DNA of 64,000 nt, taken from an uncultured delta proteobacterium. GTDB taxonomy: Bacteria; Desulfobacterota; Zymogenia; Zymogenales; Zymogenaceae. The position numbers were made by a program, and so were the translations under genes. Below are positions 1-10,773 of this stretch, one piece after another; the stretch's first letter is position 1, and each line of letters begins with the position of its first letter. The stretch spans positions 704,001-768,000 of the forward strand of contig CAVTLK010000002.1 in the NCBI GenBank assembly GCA_963735595.1. Direction: 5' to 3'. The notes beneath the pieces were generated by a model. That model was not told where the DNA came from. It made no database searches and saw only the letters and a program-made list of their open reading frames with translations.

Positions 1-78
1 ATAGCCGACTCAATCGAATCTGTACAAGCACCCTCTAAAGTGCTTGATTTTCGAGTTCATTATCGGTAGCATAGTATA

Positions 79-1005
79 ATGGGTAAAGATCAACAGGGAC
101 AATCAAAGTTCTTCTCGTGGTATCACCGCTCGGTCATCGTGCGGTTTCTCCTCCAAATAACCCCGTGGGTCATGCGGACGTTCTCCCGAAAGGGAGTCCA
201 CCGAATCCGGTATCCCTTCATCTTTCTCTATTACTGCATGGGAACACGTTTCAGGAGGGCGGTCAGGGAAAACCTGAGAATCGCCCTCGGCAGTACCGTA
301 TCGGAACGGGAATTACGGCGGATAACCAGGGGGGTTTTTGATAACGTAACCAAGTCGTTTGCCGATTCTTTCTATGTAGCCTCAATCCCGCCGGAACGAT
401 GGCCGGAGATGATGGACCCCCCCGTCGGGAGAGAGAACATCGCCAAGGCCCTCGAAAAGGGGAAGGGGGCGATTATCCTGACCGGCCACATCGGCAACTG
501 GGAGGTCGGGGGGATTACGCTGGGCCGCGTCGGGGGAGAGACCCACATGGTCTACATGCCCGACCGTTTCACCGCGTTTGAACAGGCGCGGCGCAAAGCC
601 AGGGACCTGCAGAAAGTCCACGGGCTGCCGATGGGAAGCTCCTTTGATACGTCGCTCAGGGTAATACGCTTACTGGCCGAAAACAAGATCGTGACAATGA
701 AGGGCGACCGCTCCCTAAACGGGGAGGGGATCGTCATACCGCTTTTCGGGAGAGATACGGTTTTTCCCAAGGGACCGTTTTTGGTTTCGTACATCTCCGG
801 CGCCCCGATCCTACCCGCATTTGTGGTCCTCAACCATGATGAGCGGTACGTGCCCATCGTCGAGGAGCCGATATACGGCCAGCGGACCGGCGACCGGGAA
901 AAAGATCTCAAGGGGCTTACGCTTCGCATGGGCCGTGTCATCGAGGAATATATCAGGCGGTATCCCGACCAGTGGTACATGTTCTATCCCTTCTGGAAAC
1001 AGTAG
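79..1005 (+). CDS. Lysophospholipid/lipid A lauroyl acyltransferase family protein
   Basis: HIGNWE motif, 'FG..T.FP.GP' segment and C-terminal PDQWYMF typical of LpxL/HtrB-like acyltransferases. Confidence 0.85.
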   Translation: MGKDQQGQSKFFSWYHRSVIVRFLLQITPWVMRTFSRKGVHRIRYPFIFLYYCMGTRFRRAVRENLRIALGSTVSERELRRITRGVFDNVTKSFADSFYVASIPPERWPEMMDPPVGRENIAKALEKGKGAIILTGHIGNWEVGGITLGRVGGETHMVYMPDRFTAFEQARRKARDLQKVHGLPMGSSFDTSLRVIRLLAENKIVTMKGDRSLNGEGIVIPLFGRDTVFPKGPFLVSYISGAPILPAFVVLNHDERYVPIVEEPIYGQRTGDREKDLKGLTLRMGRVIEEYIRRYPDQWYMFYPFWKQ

Positions 1006-1065
1006 TGTCCGGCCGGGCGGGCCCACGGAGCGGCCGAAGACCCGAGCGAGGCGGTAAACAGAAGT

Positions 1066-2499
1066 ATGGACCAAAGACCGACCGATAGCAAGCGTCTGCT
1101 GATGATCTTTCCCACATTTGAGGGGACCCCGCTCGCCTACCGGGCCTTCATCCCTCCGCTGGGCCTCCTGACCCTGGCGGCCCTGACGCCGCCCGAGTTC
1201 ACCATCGGTTTTGTGGATGAGCGTAGCGATACCGTCGATTTCGATGCCCGGGCAGACGTCGTGGCCGTGTCGGCCATGACCCCGCAGGCGGCCCGCGCCT
1301 ACGAGATCGCCGACCGGTTTCGCGCCCGGGGCGTGCCGGTTGTTCTGGGCGGCCCGCATCCATCTCTGATGCCGGAGGAGGCGCTGCTCCATGCCGATGC
1401 CGTCGTAGTGGGGGAGGCCGAGGATATCTGGGCCGGAGTCCTGCGTGACCTTTTCGAGAACCGGTCGGAGGGAATCTATGTCTGTCGGCACAAGCCCGAC
1501 CTTGCGGGACTGCCCTTCCCCCGCCATGACCTGCTCAACGACGACAACTACCTGCCGATCCGGTCTATCCAGGTGACGCGGGGCTGCCCCCTTAACTGCG
1601 AGTTCTGCACCGTGCCCAGGAATTTCGGCCGGGAATACAGGATTCGCCCCATCGACGACGTCGTTTCCGAGATCGAGCGTTTGGGCACCCATATCTATTT
1701 CGTTGACGACAATCTCATGATCAAGCGCAGGAGTTTTGCCGGCCTCTTTGACCGGATGGCCGATATGCAAAGGGGGTGGACGGGCATGGCGCCCCTTGCG
1801 ATCGCCTCGGACGAGAAGTACGTGGGGCTGCTGGCACGGTCCGGCTGTTGGTCGATGTACGTGGACGTGGGGCCGTGGCTCTCGGTAGGCCTGAGGGGCG
1901 ACGTCTCGTCGCTTAAGCAGCAGGTGTCCCGCTCTGTGGGCTACATCAGGACGCTGCAGGATGCCGGCATCAAGGTGATGGGGTCGTTCGTCTTCGGCTT
2001 CGATTATGACGACGAATCGATCTTCGATGCCACGTTGGAGTTCCTTCAGAAAAGCGGGATAGTCGAGGCGGAGTTCCTGATACTGACCCCGTACCCGAAT
2101 ACCCCGCTGGCCGAGAAGCTCGGGGCCCAGGGACGCATCTTCAATCGGGACTGGTCGAGGTATAACACCACCCACGCGGTCTTTCGGCCGGCCCGCATGA
2201 GCCCGGAGCGTCTGGAACAGGGGGTGAACTACCTCTGGCGGGAGTTCTATCGCCGGGCGGACCGGACTGACGGTTTTGCCGTTCGGGGTACGACGGCTGA
2301 GGGGCAGCGGGCCCATGAGCGGATACTCTCTGCGGTCCCGATCCTTTTTCGCGATATAGCCCATGAGTCCGTGGTACAGGGGCTCGGTGATATTTCCGGG
2401 ACGATCGGGATAGCGGAGCTCGTGCAGGCATGGCGGCGCCACACGCCGGCCGTGTTCGGCAAGATCGTGGGCCGGGTATACGAGGAACTTGGGTGCTGA
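1066..2499 (+). CDS. B12-binding radical SAM protein
   Basis: PPLGLLTLAA and GGPHPS cobalamin-binding N-terminus; CPLNCEFC CxxxCxxC motif. Confidence 0.9.
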   Translation: MDQRPTDSKRLLMIFPTFEGTPLAYRAFIPPLGLLTLAALTPPEFTIGFVDERSDTVDFDARADVVAVSAMTPQAARAYEIADRFRARGVPVVLGGPHPSLMPEEALLHADAVVVGEAEDIWAGVLRDLFENRSEGIYVCRHKPDLAGLPFPRHDLLNDDNYLPIRSIQVTRGCPLNCEFCTVPRNFGREYRIRPIDDVVSEIERLGTHIYFVDDNLMIKRRSFAGLFDRMADMQRGWTGMAPLAIASDEKYVGLLARSGCWSMYVDVGPWLSVGLRGDVSSLKQQVSRSVGYIRTLQDAGIKVMGSFVFGFDYDDESIFDATLEFLQKSGIVEAEFLILTPYPNTPLAEKLGAQGRIFNRDWSRYNTTHAVFRPARMSPERLEQGVNYLWREFYRRADRTDGFAVRGTTAEGQRAHERILSAVPILFRDIAHESVVQGLGDISGTIGIAELVQAWRRHTPAVFGKIVGRVYEELGC

Positions 2500-2579
2500 T
2501 TACCTGTTTTGCCCGGCGGGCCATTAGAACGGGAACGTTGGGGATCACATAACCGTTTGAATGCAGAGGAGAAATTGTT

Positions 2580-2948
2580 ATGAGAATCGGTCACGGACGG
2601 CGATACGGGTCGGCCATCGGCGTGCTTTTCATCATCGTGCTATTGACCGTCACTGCGCCCGCCGCCTTCGGGTGCCCGGCCTGGCCCGCCCAGGCCACGC
2701 GTTACCTGACAAACGCCGACCTCGCCGATTGCGGCTGCGGCGACCTGAAGATCCTGCGCAACGAGATCTACGCACGACACGGGAGGATATTCAAGGCCGA
2801 TTACCTGCGCAACTACTTCATGGCGCAGCCCTGGTATTCCCCCGATCCCTACAACCCGGAAGGAACCGGCGGGCAGAACGTATATGAACAGTACAACCGG
2901 GGATTTATCCTCCAGTACGAGAAGGGCAGGGGATGTAATCCCCAGTAG
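2580..2948 (+). CDS. Secreted YARHG-domain protein
   Basis: Signal peptide; RNEIYARHGRIF motif. Confidence 0.9.
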   Translation: MRIGHGRRYGSAIGVLFIIVLLTVTAPAAFGCPAWPAQATRYLTNADLADCGCGDLKILRNEIYARHGRIFKADYLRNYFMAQPWYSPDPYNPEGTGGQNVYEQYNRGFILQYEKGRGCNPQ

Positions 2949-3044
2949 CCGCCGCAAACGGGTCGATCTGATCGCCGTTCCGTTCAATACGGCGGCCCTC
3001 TGGGCGCACACGTCCGGCCGCGTTGATCGGCCGCGAGGCGAACC

Positions 3045-3755
3045 ATGAACACTACGATACAAAACCTCAGGGCGGAGTTAACCGACAGCGCCGACGAAAA
3101 AACGCGGGCCGCCACCCAACGGTTTTTCAAGGAAGAGGTGCGCTGTTACGGCGTGAAGTCCGCGGCCGTTAAAAGTATCGCCAAGAGGTACTGGAAAGAT
3201 GTCGCTGCGCTGGACAAGGGCGAGGTATTTGCGCTCTGCGAAGAGCTGTTTCGGTCGGACCTCTGCGAGGACGCGTTTGTCGTCGCCGAGTGGCTCCCCC
3301 GCATGGCCGATAGGTTTACGCCGGGAGATCTGGCGATATTTGAGGACTGGATCGAGCGCTATATCAATAATTGGGCCACGTGCGACACCTTCTGCAACCA
3401 CACCGTGGGCGATTTTATAGAGATATATCCCGAGTGTATGCCACGAATCATCGGGTGGACCGGGTCGGCCAACCGGTGGATGAAACGGGCGGCGGCGGTC
3501 TCCCTGATCATCCCCGCGAAGCGTGGGAAGCACCTTGCCGAGGTCTTCGTGATAGCCGACCGGCTGTTGACCGACGGCGACGATATGGTACAGAAGGGGT
3601 ACGGCTGGCTGCTGAAGGAAGCGAGCCGCCTGCACCAGAAAGAGGTGTTTGACTACGTGGTGAAACACAAAGACGCCATGCCCCGCACAGCGCTGCGTTA
3701 CGCTATCGAGCTGATGCCTAAAGAGATGAAGGTCGAGGCGATGAGACGAACGTGA
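3045..3755 (+). CDS. DNA alkylation repair protein (AlkD-like)
   Basis: NNWATCD, W.KRAA, VQKGYGWLLKE and PRTALRYAIE motifs. Confidence 0.88.
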   Translation: MNTTIQNLRAELTDSADEKTRAATQRFFKEEVRCYGVKSAAVKSIAKRYWKDVAALDKGEVFALCEELFRSDLCEDAFVVAEWLPRMADRFTPGDLAIFEDWIERYINNWATCDTFCNHTVGDFIEIYPECMPRIIGWTGSANRWMKRAAAVSLIIPAKRGKHLAEVFVIADRLLTDGDDMVQKGYGWLLKEASRLHQKEVFDYVVKHKDAMPRTALRYAIELMPKEMKVEAMRRT

Positions 3756-3900
3756 AGAGGATGTGTGGGCGGTTCACGGACCGCCCCTACCGATACCCAG
3801 TAGATCCAATTACCCTTAAGCGGCGGTTAATACGCCGCTATACGGTTATAACGCCCACTATACTCCCGGTAATACAGATGAATAGACGGCCGGCCGCTTC

Positions 3901-4350
3901 TTACTGATCGTATCCGCTGTCCCGGCTGCCGAAACCGCCCGATCTGCCGTTGCCGAAGCGGCCCCCCGGCCCGAATCCCCGGGGGACGTCACCGGGAGAA
4001 TCCGGGGCATCGGAGCCGATCCCGGTCCTTTCGTATCCATTGCCGTACCGGTGCGGGCCGGAGCCTTCCGGTCCCCCGACAAACAGCAGGGCTACCGCGA
4101 CAAGGGCCGCCGCCGTCGCCGCGATAATCGCGGAGCGATTTTTAAAATGCGTGATAAACGTCTTCCCGTTGAGCGCCAGGTGGACGGCGCCGGCCAGTAT
4201 AAAGACGATCCCCATCACGACGTGCAGGGATTTTAAATCCAGGCGAATATCGAGGTGCAGGAGCATTACCAGGCCCGAGATACTCAGGGCCGCGAAGGCC
4301 ACGCCCACGACCGCGCTGATCCAGCTTTTCCCGTTTCGTACGTCCGACAT
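3901..4350 (-). CDS. Small membrane protein (DUF4405-like) with Gly-rich tail
   Basis: Three hydrophobic segments, ISG..ML and two His (LHV, HLALN); AGGAGA RBS. Confidence 0.6.
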   Translation of the reverse strand: MSDVRNGKSWISAVVGVAFAALSISGLVMLLHLDIRLDLKSLHVVMGIVFILAGAVHLALNGKTFITHFKNRSAIIAATAAALVAVALLFVGGPEGSGPHRYGNGYERTGIGSDAPDSPGDVPRGFGPGGRFGNGRSGGFGSRDSGYDQ

Positions 4351-4576
4351 TCCAATTCTCCTTTAATTTCCAAAATGCTGCGGTATTGTTCTGTGTCACT
4401 CTTTACGTCCGCCCGCCGAGTCCGTCCCGATACGGGGTATCGGGAGACGCGAAGCCGGCCGTGATCCTTAGATACCGGCGGCGGTTCCACATTAAGTTTG
4501 ACACCGCCGTTGAATATGCTAAAATCACCGTGGTGCTCAAGTGCACCGATTTTTTTACTGAATTGAACAGGCAATC

Positions 4577-5752
4577 ATGACAATACCTTCGGAATTTCAC
4601 CGGATAAAGCGCCTGCCCCCGTACGTCTTCGCTGAAGTGGATGCGCTGAAAATGGAGGCGCGGCGGCGCGGCGAAGATATCATCGACCTCGGGATGGGAA
4701 ATCCCGACAAGGCAACGCCCCCTCATATCGTCGAGAAGCTCGTCGAGGCCGCCGCAAACCCAAAGAACCACCGATACAGCTCATCCAGGGGGATATACCG
4801 GCTCAGGTGCGCGGTCGTTGAATGGTACAAGCGGCGGTACGGAGTCGAACTTGACCCGGATTCGGAGACGATCGTCACGATAGGGGCAAAGGAAGGGCTT
4901 GCCCACTTCGTGTTGTCGGTGATTGAGCCGGGCAGTTCCGTCCTGGTCCCCAACCCGACCTACCCGATCCACACCTATTCGGTCATCATCGCCGGGGGCG
5001 ACATCCGCAGCATTCCGCTCTCGCCCGAGCGGGACTTCTTCTCCGACCTCATGATGGCCCTCAAGCTCATCTGGCCCCGCCCGGTAATGATGATTATCTC
5101 GTTTCCCCACAACCCCACCGGGCGCGTGGTGGAGCGGGAGTTTTTCGAGGAAGTGGTGAGGTTTGCCCGCGAAAACGACGTGATCGTCGTGCATGATTTT
5201 GCCTATTCCGATATCGTCTTCGACGGGTACGTCGCCCCGTCGTTTCTCTCGATCCCCGGGGCAAAAGACGTGGGCATCGAGTTCACCTCGATGTCAAAGA
5301 GTTTCAACATGCCGGGGTGGCGGATCGGTTTTGCGGCGGGAAACCCGAAGCTCATCGCCGCCCTGGCGCGGATGAAGAGTTATTTTGACTACGGCATCTT
5401 CCAACCCATCCAGATCGCCTCCATCATCGCGCTGACGGAGGACCAGGCCGCGGCCACCGAGATCGCGGCCAACTACGGCAAGCGGCGTGACGCGCTGGTA
5501 GACGGCCTTGTACGGTCGGGCTGGGAGATCGAAAAGCCGAAGGGGACCATGTTTGTCTGGGCGAAGATCCCCGATCAATACCGGAAGATGGGCTCGCTGG
5601 AATTCTCGAAATTCCTCCTGAGGGAGGCCAAGGTAGCCGTTTCTCCCGGTGTCGGTTTCGGATCTGAGGGAAACCAGTACGTTCGGTTCGCGCTCGTCGA
5701 AAACACTCACCGCATTACGCAGGCGGTCAAGGGGATAAAACGGATACTGTAG
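4577..5752 (+). CDS. alaC: Class I/II PLP aminotransferase (AlaC/YfdZ-like)
   Basis: [36 protein letters not shown]; first gene upstream of hom-thrC. Confidence 0.8.
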   Translation: MTIPSEFHRIKRLPPYVFAEVDALKMEARRRGEDIIDLGMGNPDKATPPHIVEKLVEAAANPKNHRYSSSRGIYRLRCAVVEWYKRRYGVELDPDSETIVTIGAKEGLAHFVLSVIEPGSSVLVPNPTYPIHTYSVIIAGGDIRSIPLSPERDFFSDLMMALKLIWPRPVMMIISFPHNPTGRVVEREFFEEVVRFARENDVIVVHDFAYSDIVFDGYVAPSFLSIPGAKDVGIEFTSMSKSFNMPGWRIGFAAGNPKLIAALARMKSYFDYGIFQPIQIASIIALTEDQAAATEIAANYGKRRDALVDGLVRSGWEIEKPKGTMFVWAKIPDQYRKMGSLEFSKFLLREAKVAVSPGVGFGSEGNQYVRFALVENTHRITQAVKGIKRIL

Positions 5753-5767
5753 AAGCGGGAGTCTGGC

Positions 5768-7105
5768 ATGACCAATAAGCCTCGGGCGATTAACGTCGGG
5801 ATCATCGGCTACGGGACGGTTGGATCGGGAGTGGTGAGGATCCTCGTGGAAAATCGCGGCCTGATAAAGCAGCGCCTCGGCGCGGAGATCGTTATAAAAA
5901 AGATCTGCGACGTCGATATCAACCGGGATCGGGGTATCCCGGTTGACGTCTCGGTGTTGACGACGAACGTCCGGGAGGTGATCGAAGACCCCGGTATAGA
6001 CATCATCGTGGAGACCGTGGGGGGCATCGATATCGCTAAAGAGATCATCATGGCGGCCGTCGGCTCCGGCAAGCACGTGGTGACCGCCAACAAGGCGCTG
6101 CTGGCCGAGGCCGGCGACGATATCTTCGCCGCGGCAAACCGGCTGGGCGTGGACGTCAATTTTGAGGCCTCCGTCGGGGGAGGGATACCGATCATCAGGA
6201 CCCTCAAAGAGGGGCTGGTGGGAGACCGAATACAGTACATATTCGGGATCATGAACGGAACCTGTAACTATATCCTGACCCGTATGACCGACGACAACAT
6301 GGAGTTTTCCGCGGCGCTGGCCGAGGCCCAGCGGCTGGGGTATGCCGAGGCGGACCCGACGCTCGATATCGAGGGGTACGACACGGCCCATAAGCTTGCC
6401 GTCATCATCCCGCTGACCTACGGCGTCAAGATCGACTACACGGATATCCACATTGAGGGGATATCGCAGATCCAGGCTATCGACATTCGATTTGCCGGGG
6501 AGATGGGATACAAGATAAAGCTGTTGGCGATCCTGGTTTCTACCTCGGACGGGATCGAGGCGCGGGTACACCCGACCCTCATTCCGTTTCGGTACCTGCT
6601 TTCCAACGTGAACCTCAACATGAACGCCTTCTATATCCGCGGGCTGGCCGTCGGGTCGATCCTCCTGTACGGCCAGGGGGCCGGGAGGATGCCCACAGGG
6701 ACGGCCGTGGTCTCCGACCTCGTGGAGCTTGCCCGGAATATCTCCTCCGGGATCAAGCGGCGGGTGCCCCCCCTCTCCTTTTCGGACGAGGACATCGAGC
6801 GCATCAAGCCCAAGAAGATGGAGGAGGTGATCACCAACTACTACCTGCGTTTCTCCGCCCTGGACAAGCCCGGCGTGCTATCCAGGATTTCGGGCATCCT
6901 GGGCGACCATAAGATCAGCATCGCCTCGGTCATCCAGAAGGGGAGGGCCGAGGGTGACCGGGACGTCCCGGTCGTCATCATGACCCACGAGGCCCGGGAG
7001 CGGGACATAAAGGCGGCGCTGGCCGAGATAGACGGGCTGGACATTATCGCGCGGCCGTCGATCCTGTACCGGGTGGAAGACACGGCGATGAAAGGGGGTG
7101 CGTGA
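5768..7105 (+). CDS. hom: Homoserine dehydrogenase with C-terminal ACT domain
   Basis: GYGTVGSG, VVTANKA, FEASVGGGIP, GYAEADP, DKPGVLSRI. Confidence 0.95.
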   Translation: MTNKPRAINVGIIGYGTVGSGVVRILVENRGLIKQRLGAEIVIKKICDVDINRDRGIPVDVSVLTTNVREVIEDPGIDIIVETVGGIDIAKEIIMAAVGSGKHVVTANKALLAEAGDDIFAAANRLGVDVNFEASVGGGIPIIRTLKEGLVGDRIQYIFGIMNGTCNYILTRMTDDNMEFSAALAEAQRLGYAEADPTLDIEGYDTAHKLAVIIPLTYGVKIDYTDIHIEGISQIQAIDIRFAGEMGYKIKLLAILVSTSDGIEARVHPTLIPFRYLLSNVNLNMNAFYIRGLAVGSILLYGQGAGRMPTGTAVVSDLVELARNISSGIKRRVPPLSFSDEDIERIKPKKMEEVITNYYLRFSALDKPGVLSRISGILGDHKISIASVIQKGRAEGDRDVPVVIMTHEARERDIKAALAEIDGLDIIARPSILYRVEDTAMKGGA

Positions 7106-8164
7106 ATGCAGAGGTATCAGGGGCTCATCGACCGGTTTTTTAGCCGGCTGCCGGTCAAGAACCGGTCGCAGATCGTGACCCTGCTCGAGGGCAATACCCC
7201 GCTCATCCGGGCGGACCGGCTCCGGGATCGGATCGCCCCCGGCATCGAACTCTACCTGAAGTACGACGGGCTCAACCCCACATGCTCGTTCAAAGACCGG
7301 GGCATGACCGTGGCGGTTACCCGGGCAAAGGAGGAGGGAAGCACGGCCGTCATATGCGCCTCCACGGGCAACACGTCTGCCTCCGCGGCCGCCTATGCCG
7401 CCCGGGCGGACATGAAGGCCTTCGTCCTCATACCCGAGGGCAAGATCGCGATGGGAAAACTCTCCCAGGCGGTGATGCATGGGGCTACCGTCGTCCAGAT
7501 CAAGGGGAACTTCGACGAGGCGCTCGAACTGGTGCGCGAAATCTCCGAAAAGCACCCGATCACAATGGTAAACTCCCTCAACGAGGACCGGATCGTTGGC
7601 CAAAAGACGGCGGCCTTCGAGATCATCGAGGTGCTGGGCGACGCCCCGGACTACCACGCGCTTCCGGTCGGCAATGCCGGCAATATCACCGCCTACTGGA
7701 TGGGCTACACCGAGTATCATCGGGACGGAAAGGCGAAACGGCTGCCGAAGATGATCGGTTTCCAGGCGGAGGGGGCCGCCCCGATCGTGCGGGGAGAGCC
7801 CGTGAAGAACCCCGAGACGATCGCCACGGCCATCCGCATCGGCAACCCCGCCTCGTGGCGGCGGGCCGTCGCGGCCCGGGATGAGTCGGGCGGGCTTATC
7901 GATATGGTCACCGACGAGGAAATCCTGGCGGCCTACCGCATGATCGCCTCGACCGAGGGGATCTTCTGCGAGCCGGCATCGGCCGCATCGGTGGCCGGCG
8001 TCATCAAATCGACCGCTAAGGGCCTGTTCACAAAGGGCGACGTGGTGGTCTGCACCCTGACGGGCCACGGGCTCAAGGACCCCGATACGGCTATCAAGGT
8101 TTCACCCGAGACCCATATCGTCCCGCCCAGGATGGATGAGGTGCTGGGGGTGATCGGATTTTAG
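7106..8164 (+). CDS. thrC: Threonine synthase
   Basis: [41 protein letters not shown]. Confidence 0.95.
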   Translation: MQRYQGLIDRFFSRLPVKNRSQIVTLLEGNTPLIRADRLRDRIAPGIELYLKYDGLNPTCSFKDRGMTVAVTRAKEEGSTAVICASTGNTSASAAAYAARADMKAFVLIPEGKIAMGKLSQAVMHGATVVQIKGNFDEALELVREISEKHPITMVNSLNEDRIVGQKTAAFEIIEVLGDAPDYHALPVGNAGNITAYWMGYTEYHRDGKAKRLPKMIGFQAEGAAPIVRGEPVKNPETIATAIRIGNPASWRRAVAARDESGGLIDMVTDEEILAAYRMIASTEGIFCEPASAASVAGVIKSTAKGLFTKGDVVVCTLTGHGLKDPDTAIKVSPETHIVPPRMDEVLGVIGF

Positions 8165-8217
8165 CTCTCCCGCCCCCGGCTGTGACTGCGCGCCGGACGT
8201 GATTATTGAGTTACCGC

Positions 8218-9441
8218 ATGGAGTCAATCAAATACATTATCCTCCTCGGCGACGGCATGGCCGACGAGCCGATCGAGGCGCTCGGGGGCAGGACGCCGCT
8301 CGAGGCGGCCCACACCCCGAACATGGACCGGATCGCCGCCGGCGGGATCGCGGGCATCGTCCGGTCGATCCCGGAGGGCTTTGAGCCGGGCTCGGATGTG
8401 GCAAACCTCTCCATCATGGGTTTCGATCCGGCCGGCTACTACACCGGCCGGGCGCCCATTGAGGCGGCAAGCCTCGGCATCGAGCTTGCCCCGTCGGACA
8501 TCGCCTACCGGATGAACCTGGTTACTTTGAGCGGGCGGGAGGGGCCGGCCGGGCGGCGCATGATGGTCGACTATTCGGCGGGCCACATACCGGACGCGGA
8601 TTCCCACCCGCTGGTCGAAAGCCTTGAACGCGGGCTGGGCAGCCACGAATTCAGGATGTACCCCGGCAAATCCTATCGTCATATCCTGGTGTGGAGAAAC
8701 GGGAATAAGGACATCGCCACCACCCCGCCCCATGACATCACCGGGAGGGAGATCGGGACCTACCTCCCGCACGGAAACGGCGCGGGCCGCCTCCTTTCCC
8801 TGATGCGGGAGGGGGAGCGGGTGTTAGCCGACCACCCCGTGAACCGGAGGCGCATCGCCGGGGGGAAGCGCCCCGCCACGTCCCCCTGGTTCTGGGGGCA
8901 GGGAAACAGGCCCGCGCTCGTCGCCTTTAAAGAGCGCTGGGGGATTCCCGGCGCCGTGATCTCGGCAGTCGATCTTATCCAGGGGCTGGGGGTCCTCTCC
9001 GGGCTCGAGGTGATCACGGTCCCCGGCGCTACCGGCTGGATCGACACGAACTACGCCGGTAAGGTTGCCGCCGCGCTGGAGGCGTTCCGGCAGGGGACCG
9101 ATTTCGTCTACCTCCACGTGGAGGCGCCCGACGAGGCGGGCCATTCCGGGGAGGCCGCGGTAAAGGTCAGGGCTATCGAGGAGTTCGATTCACAGGTTGT
9201 CGGCCCGATCCTCGCGGGGATGACGGCGTTACCACGGTGGCGCTGCATGGTGCTGCCCGATCACCCGACGCCCATCGGGACCAGGACCCACAGCAGCACG
9301 CCGGTGCCGTTTGCGGCCGCGGGCCCCGGCCTTTCGAAGGGCGGCGCCGCGGGGTTTTCGGAGGCGGCCTGCCGCAAGACCGGCCTTTTTGTCTCCGAGG
9401 GCCACGCGCTCATCGGGCGCTTTCTGACGGGGACGCTGTGA
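8218..9441 (+). CDS. apgM: Cofactor-independent phosphoglycerate mutase (ApgM family)
   Basis: GDGMAD, PGSDVANL, HVEAPDEAGH, DHPTP motifs; in hom-thrC operon. Confidence 0.9.
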   Translation: MESIKYIILLGDGMADEPIEALGGRTPLEAAHTPNMDRIAAGGIAGIVRSIPEGFEPGSDVANLSIMGFDPAGYYTGRAPIEAASLGIELAPSDIAYRMNLVTLSGREGPAGRRMMVDYSAGHIPDADSHPLVESLERGLGSHEFRMYPGKSYRHILVWRNGNKDIATTPPHDITGREIGTYLPHGNGAGRLLSLMREGERVLADHPVNRRRIAGGKRPATSPWFWGQGNRPALVAFKERWGIPGAVISAVDLIQGLGVLSGLEVITVPGATGWIDTNYAGKVAAALEAFRQGTDFVYLHVEAPDEAGHSGEAAVKVRAIEEFDSQVVGPILAGMTALPRWRCMVLPDHPTPIGTRTHSSTPVPFAAAGPGLSKGGAAGFSEAACRKTGLFVSEGHALIGRFLTGTL

Positions 9442-9863
9442 GCGGGCGCGGACACATAAGCCGATATCCGGCGCGGGTCCGGTATGCGGACGTGGACCCG
9501 ATGGGTTTTACCTATTACGGCAACTACCTGCGCTGGTTTGAGATCGGCAGGACCGAGTTTCTCCGGGAGCTCGGGACGACCTATCGGGACGTCGAGGCGT
9601 CCGGCGTGCTCTACCCGGTCACGGAGACCCACGTAAAATACGCCGCGCCGGCGCGTTACGACGAGGCGATCGTCATCGTCACGAGGCTTGCCTATGTCAA
9701 GAAAGCCTCGCTCAGGTTCGACTACGAAATTATTGGCGCAGACGACGAGACGCTTCACGCAACGGGCTGGACGGTACACGCGGCGGTGGACCGAACAGGC
9801 AGGATCATACGGATAGCGGACGAATTACTACATCTCCTCGACCCCGTGGGAGACCAGTCCTGA
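9438..9863 (+). CDS. YbgC/FadM-family acyl-CoA thioesterase
   Basis: VRYADVDPMG..YY.NY.RWFE; GTG start overlaps apgM stop. Confidence 0.85.
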   Translation: MSGRGHISRYPARVRYADVDPMGFTYYGNYLRWFEIGRTEFLRELGTTYRDVEASGVLYPVTETHVKYAAPARYDEAIVIVTRLAYVKKASLRFDYEIIGADDETLHATGWTVHAAVDRTGRIIRIADELLHLLDPVGDQS

Positions 9864-9994
9864 ACAGGTGCAGTCGACCCGGGCCCGAGCGCGTCTCAAG
9901 CGAGGCGCGGGGGATAGCCGGGGCCGGCCAAAAAAGATTGATTTTTCATGCGCGGCATGATATATTACCATAATAATGTAAAAGGAGTCTCACT

Positions 9995-10201
9995 ATGTTC
10001 GGGTTAGGGACGACCGAACTGCTGGTTATCCTGGTGATCGCCCTGGTCATCTTCGGGGGGAGTAAGCTCCCGGAGCTCGGGGCGTCCTTGGGCAAGGGGA
10101 TCAAGAACTTCAAGAAGGGGCTTTCGGCCATCAACGAGGATGACGAGAAGAAAGAGATCAATACGCCCGGTGACCAGAGCGGTAAGAAGATCGAGCCGTA
10201 A
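9995..10201 (+). CDS. tatA: Twin-arginine translocase TatA/TatE subunit
   Basis: MFGLG..EL...FG..KLP.LG..LGKGI.NFKK. Confidence 0.93.
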   Translation: MFGLGTTELLVILVIALVIFGGSKLPELGASLGKGIKNFKKGLSAINEDDEKKEINTPGDQSGKKIEP

Positions 10202-10310
10202 TAGTATCCGGCTATTGTCCGGCTGCCGGACGTCCGTGCCGACCGCGGTTCGGTCGGTTCTCCGTCGATCCCGGGTTCGGCTTTTTTATTCATGAAACCG
10301 GCCATTTTAG

Positions 10311-10339
10311 TTGACAGAGGAGGCGCAGCCTGTTATAGT
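10311..10339 (+). promoter_or_regulatory. sigma70 promoter of tRNA-Met
   Basis: TTGACA-17bp-TATAGT just upstream of the tRNA. Confidence 0.8.
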
Positions 10340-10352
10340 TACTGAATAATAT

Positions 10353-10417
<65 letters not shown>

Positions 10418-10429
<12 letters not shown>

Positions 10430-10470
10430 GCATAATCAAGGACTTACGTGAAAGCGTGGGTCCTTTTTTT
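10418..10470 (+). repeat. att-like repeat R0: tRNA 3' end plus terminator hairpin
   Basis: TCCCCGCTACCAGCATAATCAAGGACTTACGTGAAAGCGTGGGTCC-T7; reference for ten further copies. Confidence 0.95.
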
Positions 10471-10530
10471 GTATTTGTCCTATAGCTATAGGTTCAAAAT
10501 CAGTACTATTTCGAGTTTAAGTAAGCGAAG

Positions 10531-10700
10531 CTCTTGACAGTGAAGTGGCGGCGGGAGTATAACACCATCAGGCCGCATAGTTCCCTTGGTTACCATCCAC
10601 CGGCTCCCGGAACCATACTCCCGTGGCATTTGGAAGTTCAACATACAACCTAAGCCTATGGACTAATCTAAACAGTGGTGCCGTTAGCGGGGGTAGGTCA
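10531..10700 (+). mobile_element. IS3-family 3'-end remnant (transposase tail plus right terminal IR)
   Basis: Reads WRREYNTIRPHSSLGYHPPAP (IS3 OrfB C-terminal motif); ends GGGGGTAGGTCA. Confidence 0.8.
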
Positions 10701-10773
10701 CTTTGCCGGAAGATTATAATCCTTTAAACTTTATAATTTTGTTTTTTCCATTATTCCATGACAAGGAGCTATT

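Noticed and set aside
811..8068. Long antisense ORFs (811-2442, 5294-6571, 6878-8068; likewise 55225-56955 and 57655-58797)
   Set aside because: Shadow frames of well-supported genes in high-GC DNA, with no recognisable motifs.
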